Assembly (NCBI GenBank): GCA_950097015.1
Contig: CATNEN010000029.1
Location: 4,278,001-4,342,000, forward strand
DNA: 64,000 nt
Reading direction: 5' to 3'
From: Macrostomum hystrix
Lineage: Eukaryota > Animalia > Platyhelminthes
How positions within the stretch are numbered: position 1 is the stretch's first letter; each line of letters starts with the position of its first letter. The notes beneath the pieces were generated by a model. It made no database searches and was not told the origin of the DNA. It worked only from the letters and a program-made list of their open reading frames with translations. The position numbers and the translations under genes are program-made. Shown piece by piece: positions 27,212 through 52,710 of this stretch.

Positions 27212-28544
27212 CTGAAGATTTAATGGTTATAGTGGTAAGTTTTTTTAACTTGAATTACAATTAAAAACCAAAACGAGTTTATCAGCTTTTTAGCTTTCTG
27301 TCTATATGGCATTGACTATTCAAGGGCAAAGGATCTCTTTTTGTTTCTTTATCAAGTATGGAAAGTTGAATTCTTTTAATAATTTAATTTAAATTATTGA
27401 GAAAATCCGTTAAATACATAATAAACTCTCTTTAATAAAAAGAGCATGCTCACTTTTTGAAGGAAACATAAAATACAATATAATTAACTATGTGAAATTA
27501 CTAATTACTACTAGTTTTTTCAATATATTTACAGTAATGGTTTAAGTGCCTTGTTATAATTTGTTAAATTTGTTTCTATAAACAGGCGTTCAAGAAATAG
27601 CAGAAATAAAAATCTAGATAAATAAAAAATTCAATAGTTCACTAGCTTTCTAAATTTAAAACAGCATTTTATGCCTAGTTGCATTTTATAGTTTCAGTTA
27701 TAGCTAACAATATATAAAATGATAGGGGTACAGTCAAGACCAGTATAGTATATAAAAATTTGCCCCAGTCAACTACTGATAGTTTTTTTAATAAAATTAC
27801 CATAGTGTAGATCATGTAGTGCATTAAAAATTTCCCGTATACATTTTCAAAATGCATGCGGCGGCGTACAATTAGGTTAAGTGGCGTGCAATGCACAATA
27901 CATAAATACACTGGTGTGCCTGGCACCTGATGTGGCAATGCTGCCAATGCATTGGTAAGCAGACATAAAATACATATTTTTGTATTTAACTTAAAAAAAA
28001 GCTTTTGTATATAAACAGTGTATAAGACTGTTAAATAAATTTATTTATGAGAAATACATGTTTTTAAAGATGTATCATTTCTTTTGTACATTGTTTGTTG
28101 CTTTGTTTTACACAATGCAATTAAAAAACGGTTTTTGTCTTTCAATTTGAATTTCAATTTATTGTTTATTGTATAAATTAGCTATTACCTATTACCTAGA
28201 TCTAGATCTACTACCTAGGCAATGCTGAGTGCAGATTACAGCAGCACCGAGTGCCATTTTTTAAAGATTGTCTGTCATGAAAATACAACACCAGCTAAGT
28301 CATCGACAACCAGAAAGCATTGCGGTCGTGGTTTTGTAGCTTCATTGGCCTTCAGTCAAAGTTGGACCTGGAGAATGTCGAGGATGCAGACAAAATTAAA
28401 TTGATTAACTGATTTCTATTATTACAGTTTTAGTAGTGATTATTTTGGTTATTTGATATGGTTAGTTATGGTCAGGGTGTTTCAAGTTTTGTAATTTGTT
28501 GTTACCTGTGGTAAGTAGTCCTTGTCCTAGTAGGCGTGCATTGG

Positions 28545-30996
28545 CCATAGTCCGGATCATGTAGTATATGCCCGAAAATTCGGGCGTGCATTTGCTTTGC
28601 ATGCCAAAGTTGGCTTGCATAGTTGGCGTGCAATGGCACACACACTAAAAGTTGGCTTGCGTGGTTGGCACGCATTGGCGTATATTGCATGCATCAAAAT
28701 AATTCTTAAAAATTTTCCGTCTTTTAATACACATACGCTTACTTTTTTCATCATAATTCAAATTGTTGTTTTTGTAGACTTTGTAATCAACTTAAACAAA
28801 CAACATTCTTTGCCTTACTTTTTTTACATAATATCCTTTGGTTAACACAAAAAATTGTAGTTAAAAATTTTTTTAAAGTTTTTAGTGGCAGTAGTCAGAG
28901 GATAATGTTTCAAATTTCACGAGAGTTTACATATTTTTTTTCTATCATTTCCGTTTCAAGATAAATACATGGACACATCGTCATCATATCATAAATGATC
29001 TATGTCCAAGTCCAAGTCCATTATATAAACTAGACTGTAAGGCTATCCTAACTGACTAACATACAATTAATGGAAGTGGAATATGTATCTGAATCTGATG
29101 AGGATGAGGTCGAGGAGGTTGTTGTGACTGGACAAGGTCCTAGGACAACGACAAGGGAGTCGAACAAGGACAAACTAACGCACACTAGTAAGTTTAATAC
29201 TTTAAAGTTTAATCAACTGTCTGTCTTAATGTCTCAATGTGTAACATCTGTACCAAATGATTATTATTTTTATCTTTAATATGTAAATAATAAAATATTA
29301 AATAATAGATAGATTAAGATAGTATGTATATTCTATTTGTATTTGACTATATTTTTTGTATTTGTATTGATTTAGATTAGATTAGATTGATTTAGACCTC
29401 GCTGCGTCTGTCATGGAGGCTCCCTGCCGCTAAGTCAAAGTAAGTCAATCAATTGCCAATGCCAATGTGGCAATGCCAAGCTTCTTAAATTAATTTTGTA
29501 GCACATTTTTTAATTCAAATTTTATACTTAAAGCTATAGCTATAAGCTATAGGCTATAGCTCATGGCCTCGCCTCCCCTGGGCCAGTTGGCCTCATGGTC
29601 ATGGTGCTCTTTAGCTCTTAAAGCTCTTTTTAGATTTAAAGAGAAAAATCAAAACTCAACATCTGAAAATCATTTATCTTTAAAATTTTAAATTGATGAT
29701 GCCAATTTGGCTTTGGTATTATAATATAATTGCCTAGCTAAGCTAATAAGTGAAATTTGTCAATTTGATTTGATGACAAATTTGATATTAACAATGTCAA
29801 TAGACAATAGGTATAGAAAACTAACTGTTTGAGAAACAAAGTTAATGAAATTATTGAAATATAGTTATACTGATTATACTTAATATTATATTTAATTATA
29901 CTGATTTTGAAGTTTAATATTTATTTGTGCATAATAAGCACAAGTCTATTTAAAAAACCTTTATTAAGGGAGATCTACTGCTGCTAGTGCCACTGCCACT
30001 GTATCTGCAACAAATAGTCTCCAGCATTTAATGGTGGCTCAACAACAAGCCAAAAAGCCTGATGTCAAGAAGCAAAATTTAAGGGATCTGCACTATTGTG
30101 TGCCTTGTTTGCATGCTGGCAAGCCTATCAAGAACTGCAGCATTAGTCGCAAATTTAAGCATGATATGAAGCGGCACATGGAAGCGTAAGCGTAACTTAC
30201 TTCAATGTCTTATGAGCTCCTTAGTGGTTTCTGAATGAAAGATTGACAATTGTATATGTTTTCTAACAAACCATTTAGAATGGTTGCAACGTCTAGCAGA
30301 TCTGGCAGTTGAAACGCAAGATAGCAATCGTTTTATCACCACAGTAGATGAATGCGCCACCTACCGGTCGTTTTATAACGACCCACGCGTCTTCAATCTG
30401 GCTGGGCAGAAAGCTTGCGCACTGCTGGACTTCGCACTGTGTCATGGTGGTTCTGGTAAATTTTCTTTTATTTTATACATCTTTTCTGTATCCAATAACA
30501 GAAATGCAATTTTATCTAACCTTTTAGAAGCCATAGTGGAGTCATTTTACTCCACTATACATTCCCAGCAGCAGCAGGGCAGTCAGAGCAACAACACGCT
30601 TCAGCTCAGGACAAAGCTGCAGTGGATGCTGCCACCTTTAGGAAGCCAATCGTGTGAGCGCTTCCTAGACGAGTGCGCACAGCTTTATTACAGTGGTAAC
30701 GTTGACAGGTGGCTGCGCAAACATAGTATGCCATTTTTTGTCGATGCGTGGGCTACGATGTCAGCAAGGCCGTGGACAAGCGGAAGCAAGGGCTCTCCCG
30801 CTGTCCGTACATCGGCAGCTTTTGACAGGCATGACACTTTTTTTCTCAATGCAATTTTTTGGCGTGCAAATCTATTTTTTTGTGTGCATTAAGGCCTAGA
30901 CGAGCCAATTTTTTGGCATGCAAAACTATTTTTTTGGCATGCATTATGGCCTAGAAAATTTTTTCAGGTGTGCAGCCAGCACGATCCGGACTATGG
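28545..30996 (+). mobile_element. Internally deleted DNA transposon with CCATAGTCCGGATC TIRs and 8-bp TSD TGCATTGG (hAT/P-like; superfamily unresolved)
   Basis: Inverted ends CCATAGTCCGGATCATG / CACGATCCGGACTATGG; TGCATTGG at 28537-28544 and 30997-31004; subterminal TGCATGCCAAA-type repeats. Confidence 0.8.
29969..30830 (+). pseudogene. Spliced transposase-like fragments: a Cys/His finger exon and a C-terminal DDE-helix-like segment
   Basis: Exon 29969-30185 encodes HYCVPCLHAGKPIKNCSISRKFKHDMKRHME. The next segment gives ...DFALCHGGS|EAIVESFYSTIHSQQQQGSQSNNTLQLRTKLQWMLP across GT-AG intron 30456-30527. The two parts are out of phase with each other. Confidence 0.55.
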
Positions 30997-33172
30997 TGCA
31001 TTGGCATGCATTTGCTTGTCATTGGCGTACTTTTGGGGATTAGCTTTGGGTTGTTTCTTGCGTGCACTTGATGGACCAGTTCATCATAAAAGAATGCAAA
31101 GATATATATCTACCATAATTTGGAACACTTTATGTACCCTAGAAAAAATTACCTTCTGTTTCAGTGTATACGACACGTTTAGAGGGCATTGCTTATTATT
31201 TTATTTAATAAAAATTCATATAATTTTACAATTAAAAGATAATAAGTTTATTTTTTTCATTTGGATCAAAAAAACAAAACTGTTTTATTTTTCAGTAGCA
31301 AGAGAAAGGTAAAAATAATGAAATGACAATGATGGCTAAAACATAAATACTATGACCCCTAAGTCCTCAGAACTGACTCCTACTACTAGTCCTATGTATG
31401 AGGAGGACCTATGAGGAAGACTACTATGGAAATTGCAACTGAAAGAATTATTTTAGTTTTACATATTTGAACTTAGGACATACATTAAAAAAATTATATG
31501 TTATCCAAATATGCACATTATTATTATGCGAAATCTCCTATTTCCATAAAATGCTTATGCATAATGCTTAATGCTTATGCAATGCTTAATATCTTATTAA
31601 ATAGGCCCTAAATGTTTTTTTTCACAGCTTCAGTTAATACAAACTGATAGGCTGAATTTCCTATTTTGGCGACATGTTGGGTAGCTTTAGCTAGAAGCTC
31701 TAACAGTCTAAATCAAAGCAAGATAACAAAGGAATTAGCTTCATCTGTGTGTATAGGCTTATTTTTCTGGCTTACGATAGTTACTGAGGTTGCAGATACA
31801 TAGAATTACAACCCGTTTACTGGAGCTTATTTTTTTAATGAAAAAAGTAGCGTAAATTTAAATTCAGGTTGGTCAAGAACATTTGCATAGGACTGATATA
31901 ATAAAAATGCTTCTTTTTAATATTAAAGGCTAGCAGAATTATTACTAACTATTTTATTGTTTCTTACTTTTAAAATTTTTTATTTAATTTCAGATTTTTA
32001 CGCCCAGTTTGCAAAAAAATTGCTACTATTCTATTTTCCAAAAATGTAACGTCGTTTTACAGTCCGTACAGATTCCTAAGAATGAGAAATTGGACGAAAC
32101 AAAAATATTCTTTAATATTTTTCGTCATGTTCTAAGCATTTTGGTAGTAGTAATAGTACTAGTACTCGATTGGCTCAGGCCAATAAAGAATGTAGACATA
32201 TTTTTGCTACTTAATTATTCGGTCAAACAGCGAAAACTTCGAGATGCTAAGAGGTGCTTCAACAATGTTAAATATTAATGTATCAAGATCAATGAGTTAT
32301 TGAGTCACTATAGGAATACAATTATCAACTCCAATTCCAACTAGAATGTATACGTTGCCTAATGCCAGTAGAGTAATTGTACTGCAAAGTATCAAAAGCA
32401 GGTTTCCAGAAACTAAAGTGTGGCAAGTAAAAGTTATGTTCCTGCATAGAAAAAACTGGAAATGAAGATAAACTAGCTTGTTTATTTAGCAATACAAAGC
32501 TTCATTTATATATGATCTTCGGTTCCTATTTATTTGGTGCGAAAAAAGATAAAATCGAATATTATGACATATTGCTAGTACTATTACACAAAGAACGAAA
32601 ATCTAATAGCGTAAGGCTACACGTTGCCTCGTAACTGTGAATTAAAAATTTTGTGACTATGAAATGATAAAACGAGCGTCTAATTAAGCTTCGTAGAGCT
32701 GGTTCTTTTTATTTTTTTATGCTTGTCTGATTGAGTAATCTTATTTTCGGAAAAAAGAGCACAACAGAGTGAAAAATCGTTATATTAAAACATATATAAA
32801 AAGTAACAGAAACTTATTGCAGCAATTTTGTAGTAAAGGTGATTAATTGCACTCTAAATCTGGATCGCCTTTTAAGATATCATACTGACTGAAGCGTGCT
32901 AATGGACCATCTATTGAGATCAAATGGAAGTTAGGAAACATCTTCGAAAACCTTTCCCAGTAGCGCTTTCTAGACTACAAAAGCGCAAAGATAAACCGAA
33001 CTATAGATTGCGATTTGTTATCACGTGACCTAATGCATTTCTTTCCTAAATGTGCCATTCAAATAAATATGAGATCTTCAGTAAAATCAGTATAACAGTA
33101 CCATTAAAACTAAAGTGGTTCATGGTTGCAATAATTATTAATTTTTATTGTGACACAGCAGGCAAAATTATA

Positions 33173-34686
33173 TACTCAGCAACATTAAAAACCGCCATCC
33201 TAGACCGAGGGGAACGGTTGATCTCAACTAACTGCCGCAAATTACGTAATGTGCACCTGACTGCCAGGAGAGCTACCGTGGGAGAGTGGGTGTAGGTAAA
33301 GGGTTATCGCGAAGTTCAAAATGGATGATTTAGAACACTCAGTCAAAATGCAGCTACCGAGTAACCAGTATTACTCGTTATCTCCAAAATGATCCGCCAC
33401 ATGACCGATGGTGAACGATGGCGAGCCATAGGCATGCTTGAGGCCGGAATGTCCATCCGAGCAGTAGCCCGTCAATTCGGCGATCCGCAGATCACGTTCG
33501 ACGATTCGCAGCCTTCTGCAGAAGTCCAGAGACACTGGCAGTGTCGCGCACGCAAGTCGTGGAGTCCAGCGTCGTCATCTGCGCAGCACAGCAAGGGCTG
33601 ATCAGCGACTGCTGCGAATTGTGAGGGGAAACCCCACCTTACCTGCCACATTGCTTCGACTCATCTGGAGTGAAAGAAGCAGGCGTGGGAGCATCGTGAG
33701 TGCCCAAACAATTCGACGGAGAATTTTGGCGGCTGGGCTGCGCTGCCGGAAGATGCGCAAGCGACCCCGACTGACGCCTGCTCACTGCGCCACACAAGAG
33801 CTGTGGGCGATGCAGCAAATTCACTGGAGGCAGCAGCAATGGCGACGCATTGTACTCACTGATGAGAGCTGCTTCCGCCTCGTTCAGGCAGACGGTCGCG
33901 TTCGTGTTTGGCGAGAGCCGCGGCAGGAAATGCTGCAACAGCACGTTCAATCCACCGACGGACAGTCAGCCTCGGTGCATGTTTGGGCGGGGATCACGTT
34001 GAACGCCAAGAGCTTGTCTTTCTGGACTCAAATGTAACGGCAGGCGTCTACGCTAATTTACTGCAATGCATCTTCTGCCTTTTGTCAATGCTGAATTTGG
34101 CGGGGTTCAGAACTGTCTTCTCCAGGACGACAACGCCCCGCCGCACCGAGCTGCCGCTGTGGCTCAGCTGAAGGAGCAACTGAACTTGCGAACTCTGAGG
34201 TGGCCATCGCGATCACCTGACATGAATCCCATTGAGCATGTTTGGGATTTCATGAAACGCACCATCCAGCGTCAAATGCCCCCGCCCCAGAATCTTGCGG
34301 AGCTTCGCCAGGCGATGACCAATGCATGGCAGCAGCTACCTCAGAATTTCTTGCGGCGCCTAATTTTGGGAATGCCACGCCGAGTTTCCGCTCTGGTTGA
34401 GGTTCGTAGTTGCTATTGACAGTTTTGTATGAGTTCTCACATTAAGTTCGGCTTGTACTAGCAACATTTGTTATTTAATAACACACCCGAATTTCCATGC
34501 TACTGTCAGGTAGTTTGACTCTTTTTTGTTTCTCTAGTTACGGAGTCGGGGTGGGTGAGCAGAGTACATTGCGTCATTCGCGGTTTTTCACCTCTCTCTC
34601 TGGTGTACATTGCGTCATTTGTGGTAGTGAGTTGAGATGAATCGTTTCCCTCGCTCTATGGTGGCGGTTTTTAATGTTGCTGAGTG
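33173..34686 (+). mobile_element. Tc1-family DNA transposon, ~1.5 kb
   Basis: ~85-bp imperfect TIRs ((C/T)ACTCAGCAACATTAAAAACCGCCA...), TA on both flanks, internal transposase. Confidence 0.93.
33389..34419 (+). pseudogene. Frameshifted Tc1 transposase (DD34E)
   Basis: HTH start (ERWRAIGMLEAGMSIRAVARQFG), TDES, QDDNAPPH and WPSRSPDMNPIEHVW with 34 residues between D and E; split over several frames. Confidence 0.9.
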
Positions 34687-35344
34687 TATACGAGAGACTT
34701 GCTTTCCATAATCAGACAGATAAATACGCGAATAGAGCTGTCCTATTTACGAATGAATGTTAACAAACACGGTAACATAAAAAGCCGAAAAAATAAAAAA
34801 CATATTTAAACTGGAAGATAGAATAAGTTTCATTATGCATCAGCGATTTCATTTCCATCCTAAATTTGTAAAGGAATTAGATAAAATACTAGGCCCTGTT
34901 GCTAGGCGACTTAAATTAAGTTATTGTAACCTGCAGGCTACTAAACTGACTGTCTCAAAGCTAGTTTCATTGGTAGGCCGTCTACTGAACGTTCATGGCG
35001 CCAATTAAGACTTATAACTTTATAACAAAATCACAAGACTTCCATTTTGAACTTATTTTACTTTCGCGCAACCGATTAACATTTTGACAGCCTACCAGCT
35101 CGCAACTACGAGTTTGAGAAGCCATGAAGCGGGGCCGACAAAAGCTGGCAATAATCGGACAGTGCCGGGCAGACCCATATAGTTACGAGTTTAGCCCATA
35201 TTTGGTCGGGCCGGAATCTGCGGAGTGCTGCTCGAGCCGCTGCCGGAGCGCCTGCAACAGTGTCAAGGAAATGCCGTTGGTATCTGAGATAATCGCTGCT
35301 AGAAACAACTAAAAACTGCTGCATGCGATCATAATGTCTTTTAA

Positions 35345-36470
35345 GACAATTCATTCTATTCCTATATCTATGGGATAGATAAGCAATCCTCTCTATTCTA
35401 TATCTATGGGATAGATTAGCAATCCTCTCTATTCCTATATCTATGGGATAGATTAGCAATCCTCTCTATTCCTATATCTATGGGATAGATTAGCAATTCA
35501 TTCTATTCCTATATCTATAGGATAGGTTAGCAATCTACTCTATTGCTATATCTATGGGATAGATAAGCAATCCTCTCTATTCCAATATCTATGGGATAGA
35601 TTAGCAATCCTCTCTATTCCTATATCTATGGGATAGATTAGCAATCCACTCTATTCCTATATCTATGGGATAGATTAGCAATCCTCTCTATTCCTATATC
35701 TATGGGATAGATTAGCAATCCACTCTATTCCTATATCTATGGGATAGATTAGCAATCCTCTCTACTCCTATATCTATGGGATAGATTAGCAATCCACTCT
35801 ATTCCTATATCTATGGGATAGATTAGCAATCCTCTCTATTCCTATATCTATGGTATAGATTAGCAATCCTCTCTATTCCTATATCTATGGGATAGATTAG
35901 CAATCCACTCTATTCCTATATCTATGGGATAGATTAGCAATTCATTCTATTCCTATATCTATGGGATAGATTAGCAGTTCATTCTATTCCTATATCTATG
36001 GGATAGATTAGCAATCCACTCTATTCCTATATCTATGGGATAGATTAGCAATCCACTCTATTCCTATATCTATGGGATAGATTAGCAATTCATTCTATTC
36101 CTATATCTATGGGATAGATTAGCAATTCATTCTATTCCTATATCTATGGGATAGATTAGCAATTCATTCTATTCCTATATCTATGGGATAGATTAGCAAT
36201 CCACTCTATTCCTATATCTATCGGATAGATTAGCAATTCATTCTATTCCTATATCTATGGGATAGATTAGCAATCCTCTCTACTCCTATATCTATGGGAT
36301 AGATTAGCAATCCACTCTATTCCTATATCTATGGGATAGATTAGCAATTCATTCTATTCCTATATCTATAGAATAGGTTAGCAATCTACTCTATTCCTAT
36401 ATCTATGGGATAGATTAGCAACCCTCTCTATTCCTATATCTATGGGATAGATAAGTAATCCTCTCTATTC
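35345..36470. repeat. 37-bp minisatellite TCTATTCCTATATCTATGGGATAGATTAGCAATCC(T/A)C
   Basis: About 30 tandem copies; each unit contains the inverted motif ATCTAT-GGG-ATAGAT. Confidence 0.97.
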
Positions 36471-37004
36471 TTTTGTCTATATTTGGTGGTTACAGCTTTA
36501 GATAGTTAATATCATCTGTAAGCTTTCTTTTTTTTACTTACCACAAGTATAAAATTACTAAATATACAAGCACTCTAACTATGAACTGATTAGTGAGAAT
36601 TAATGCCGATTTTTCGAGGATCTTAAACAAATCAGACAAAAATTTGATTCCTACTAGCGTAACAAAGAAGCAGTAGAAAGGCATCTGATACGCAGCGAAT
36701 CACTGTTCTATAAAAAACTCTGTTTAGTTTAACATTCGAAACTAGAACTTACGATGGCACAATTGGGGGCGGTAGATTGCCGTCCGATTTGCCGATTTGC
36801 CTGTTAATGTTTTACAGAAAGAAAAAAAGTTACTAGGCTGAGAGCTGTCAGAGTGACAAAAGCACACAAATATGCAAAAAAGACAACGTTATTAGGTTTG
36901 CTACAAAAAAGACAACGCAAAACGGCAATTGCGTTGTGCGGAAAAATCTAATAGCAAGAGAAGCTAGGCAACGGAGCGTGGTTAGCTGGTAAGTTGTGGC
37001 CGTG

Positions 37005-37165
37005 AGAGTGAGGTTGGCTGCCGATTGAGGTTTGTTGCAGAGTGAGGTGGCTACGGAGTGAGGTTGGCTGCCGATTGAGGTTTGTTGCAGAGTGAGGTGG
37101 CTACGGAGTGAGGTTGGCTGCAGATTGAGGTTTGTTGCGGAGTGAGGTGGCTGCGGAGTGAGGTG
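37005..37165. repeat. 50-bp tandem repeat, about 3 copies
   Basis: AGGTTGGCTG recurs at 37011, 37061 and 37111. Confidence 0.85.
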
Positions 37166-38164
37166 GATGTGGTGTTATTTAGCTGCAGGAAAGGACCCAT
37201 TTAGTTTGCCTGATAAAAGAGTTTAAGTATATCGTTTCAATAGTACAACAATACGAAGTATTCTTTATGCGAAAATGTGCCTACACTTGTTCTTGAAGAA
37301 CCAACGAACCAACGAAGTCAGGCCTTTGTTGCTGACGATTGTTGTCGCTCGTCAGAAACGAAAAGAGTCTCACGATCAGCGTGCGAGGAAGTGCATCAAG
37401 AATTTAAATAGCACAAAAGCATAAGTGGGTGTAGAAACTGAATTGAATAGAAGACTATACGAGCGTAAAAGTAATGAAGTAAGCTGAACACAATGCTATG
37501 AGGAAGGTTCGAGTTAAACCGTCATATTATGCTAGTCGTTTAGTGACAAAATAGGAGGAAACTAAAAGTTAAAATCTATTTTTTAAAACATTGACTGCAT
37601 GTGACAAAGCTGACTAGTTCTTGCTATCTAATGCAAAATAGAATCAGAGGAATATCAAAAGTTATCATATTCTCCATATGCTTCTAACTAGCTTTTTATC
37701 TTAACTATTCAATATAATAACTGTTCGATTAGAAAATTGCTAGACCTAATTCTAAAAGCAAAGACAACAACAAAAAACTAAGAAACAGACGCAGTAGCCT
37801 GTTGCACGGATACAACAGCGAAAATATGTCATCAATAGTTGAGTGTTTCTGCTTAGAAGTAGACTAGATTCGTTTTCTAATCTCAAACGGATAAAAGTTT
37901 TATATAGAAACGAATGAATCATCATTTCTTTCGTCCGGTCCTGCGGGGTCCAATAGTAATTATGTAGCATGAAGCCTTGAGAAATTGCCAAAAAAACTTA
38001 ACAGCAAGAAAAAAAATGCGTTAATGAAAGCCGAGACTGCCACAGGAGGGACTTTTATAACAACACGGTAAAAGCGTTAATTAATTATCCAGACTCAATT
38101 GAATCGTGCAATTATTCCCATATCCTCGCTGCAGCTATAACATCTACACTACTTTGATAATCGG

Positions 38165-38672
38165 CACTGCTCTGAAAACATCCCCACTGCTCTGAAAACA
38201 TTCCCACTGCTCTGATAACATCCCCACTGCTCTGAAAACATCCCCACTGCTCTGAAAACATCCTCACTGCTATGAAAACATCCCTACTGCTCTGATAACA
38301 TCCCTACTGCTCTGATAACATCCCTACTGCTCTGAAAACATCCCCACTGCTCTGAAAACATCCTCACTGCTCTGAAAACATCCTCACTGCTCTGAAAATA
38401 TCCCTACTGCTCTGATAACATCCCTACTGCTCTGATAACATCCCCACTGCTCTGAAAACATCCTCACTGCTCTGAAAACATCCTCACTGCTCTGAAAATA
38501 TCCTCACTGCTCTGAAAACATCCCACTGCTATAATAGCATCCCCCACTGCTCTGATAACATCCCCACTGCTATGAAAACATCCTCACTGCTCTGGAAACA
38601 TCCTCACTGCTCTGAAAATATCCTCACTGCTCTAAAAACATCCCTACTGCTCTGATAACATCCCCACTGCTC
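38165..38672. repeat. 20-bp minisatellite CATCCCCACTGCTCTGAAAA
   Basis: About 25 tandem copies. Confidence 0.96.
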
Positions 38673-38865
38673 CGACGAAATTCCCAGAGATTACACGAAA
38701 TAGAAAGATACAAAAATATTTGATTAAAAACTGTGAACTTTTATTAAAACATGTACGAAATTAACCAAAGGAATTCTTAATAGCCAGCACAGATAAGCTC
38801 AGATAATTATCACATCAATAACATAGAAAATTCAGTAAGCCTAAATACAGAGGCCAAGCGGGAAC

Positions 38866-51668
<12,803 letters not shown>

Positions 51669-52490
51669 GTTGGGTGACGGCAACGAAAACAAAGGTCAGA
51701 TATGATAATTGTACTTCAGGGCGACTCAATTGTACTATTTTTTAGCATCATATATCATATGACTGATGCATTTAAGTAATTGGAGCTTAAAAATGAGAAA
51801 TGTATACTGCGCTTGTGCTTGCGAATTAAATCAGAATGCTAATCAATCGTCTACAAAAAAAATTATTTTCTTGAAACGAAATCAAATCGCTGCTCTGCAT
51901 ACCCACGCACAGAAAAACAAATAGCAACGGAAATTTTACGAGTGCACTGCTCCAAAGTCCAAAAGATATTTATTTCGTATTTTTTTTCATAATTTAGAGT
52001 GTGGCTACGCTCAAATGACTGTTGACTGTTGTCTGTGCCAAGATAAAAAAGTAAATTTGTTGAACCATTTTTTCTCATTTTAGTTACTTCTCATTTCTTC
52101 TATTTATATTTCTGTTTCTCGCTTCTCCTCATGTTGAGTCGACTTTTTTACCGTGATCAAACAGTATGTAAATATCTCGGTCCTGACACTTTGGCCGGTT
52201 TGAAAAGCCGATTGAATTAGCCTTGAATAGGCCTAGAAACAGCCTTGGCAAGTACGCCGAGGCCAAAAGGCCTCGTATAAAGGTAACCGTATGGTATAAC
52301 CGTATAACCGTAATACTGTAATGTAAATGTAGTTATGCTAAATGGTCCTTGCCGAGGTCATCAGCAGCTGCCGGCCGTCAGCGGGGGTTGTACATTTAAT
52401 TAAGGCCGGCTACTACTCTACTACTTGTTCCTTATGTACAGCTGGACGGTCTGCTGTCCTGCTGTCTTAGTCGAGGGTTTGTTGCATTTG

Positions 52491-52710
52491 TAGTCCTGGT
52501 GGTTATAGAGCGACGGACTCGCGACTTGCTAAGTCGTGGGTTCCATTCCCGACTCAACCAGAACAATTTGAGTCCTTTACAATTTGTGGCAATCTGTCAA
52601 TCTGAAAGACAATTAATCAGTCAGTATATCTTCAGATGCGCTGACCAATAGCTGCGGCTGTACTGCTGGCTGCACATTTGGTGTCCAATTGTGACAGGTG
52701 TAATTAAATA
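52491..52710 (+). mobile_element. tRNA-derived SINE (AATAGCTGCG body) with an internal insertion
   Basis: TAGTCCTGGTGGTTATAGAGCGACGGACTCGCGA...GGGTTCCATTCCCCGACTC...AATAGCTGCGGCTGT...GACAGGTGTAAT. Confidence 0.65.

Noticed and set aside
26080-27215. 351-aa PPPKPP extensin-like ORF (+) and 373-aa [12 protein letters not shown] (-)
   Set aside because: These are the antisense and alternative frames of the glycine-rich DDX43 N-terminus, which is in frame with the helicase.
27800-31430. An outer, older CCATAGT element enclosing the 28545-30996 transposon
   Set aside because: The left terminus is visible at 27800, but the only candidate right end (ACTATGG, ~31429) matches just 7 bp and the flanks share no TSD.
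35124-35330. GC-rich patch that could be a terminal exon of a secreted peptide (LFLAAIISDTNGISLTLLQALRQRLEQ...) on the minus strand
   Set aside because: No phase-compatible upstream exon with an ATG and no recognisable homology were found.
52270-52330. AACCGTA repeats resembling the start of a flatworm spliced-leader exon
   Set aside because: There is no AUG|GU donor and no Sm site or stem-loops; it is low-complexity sequence.
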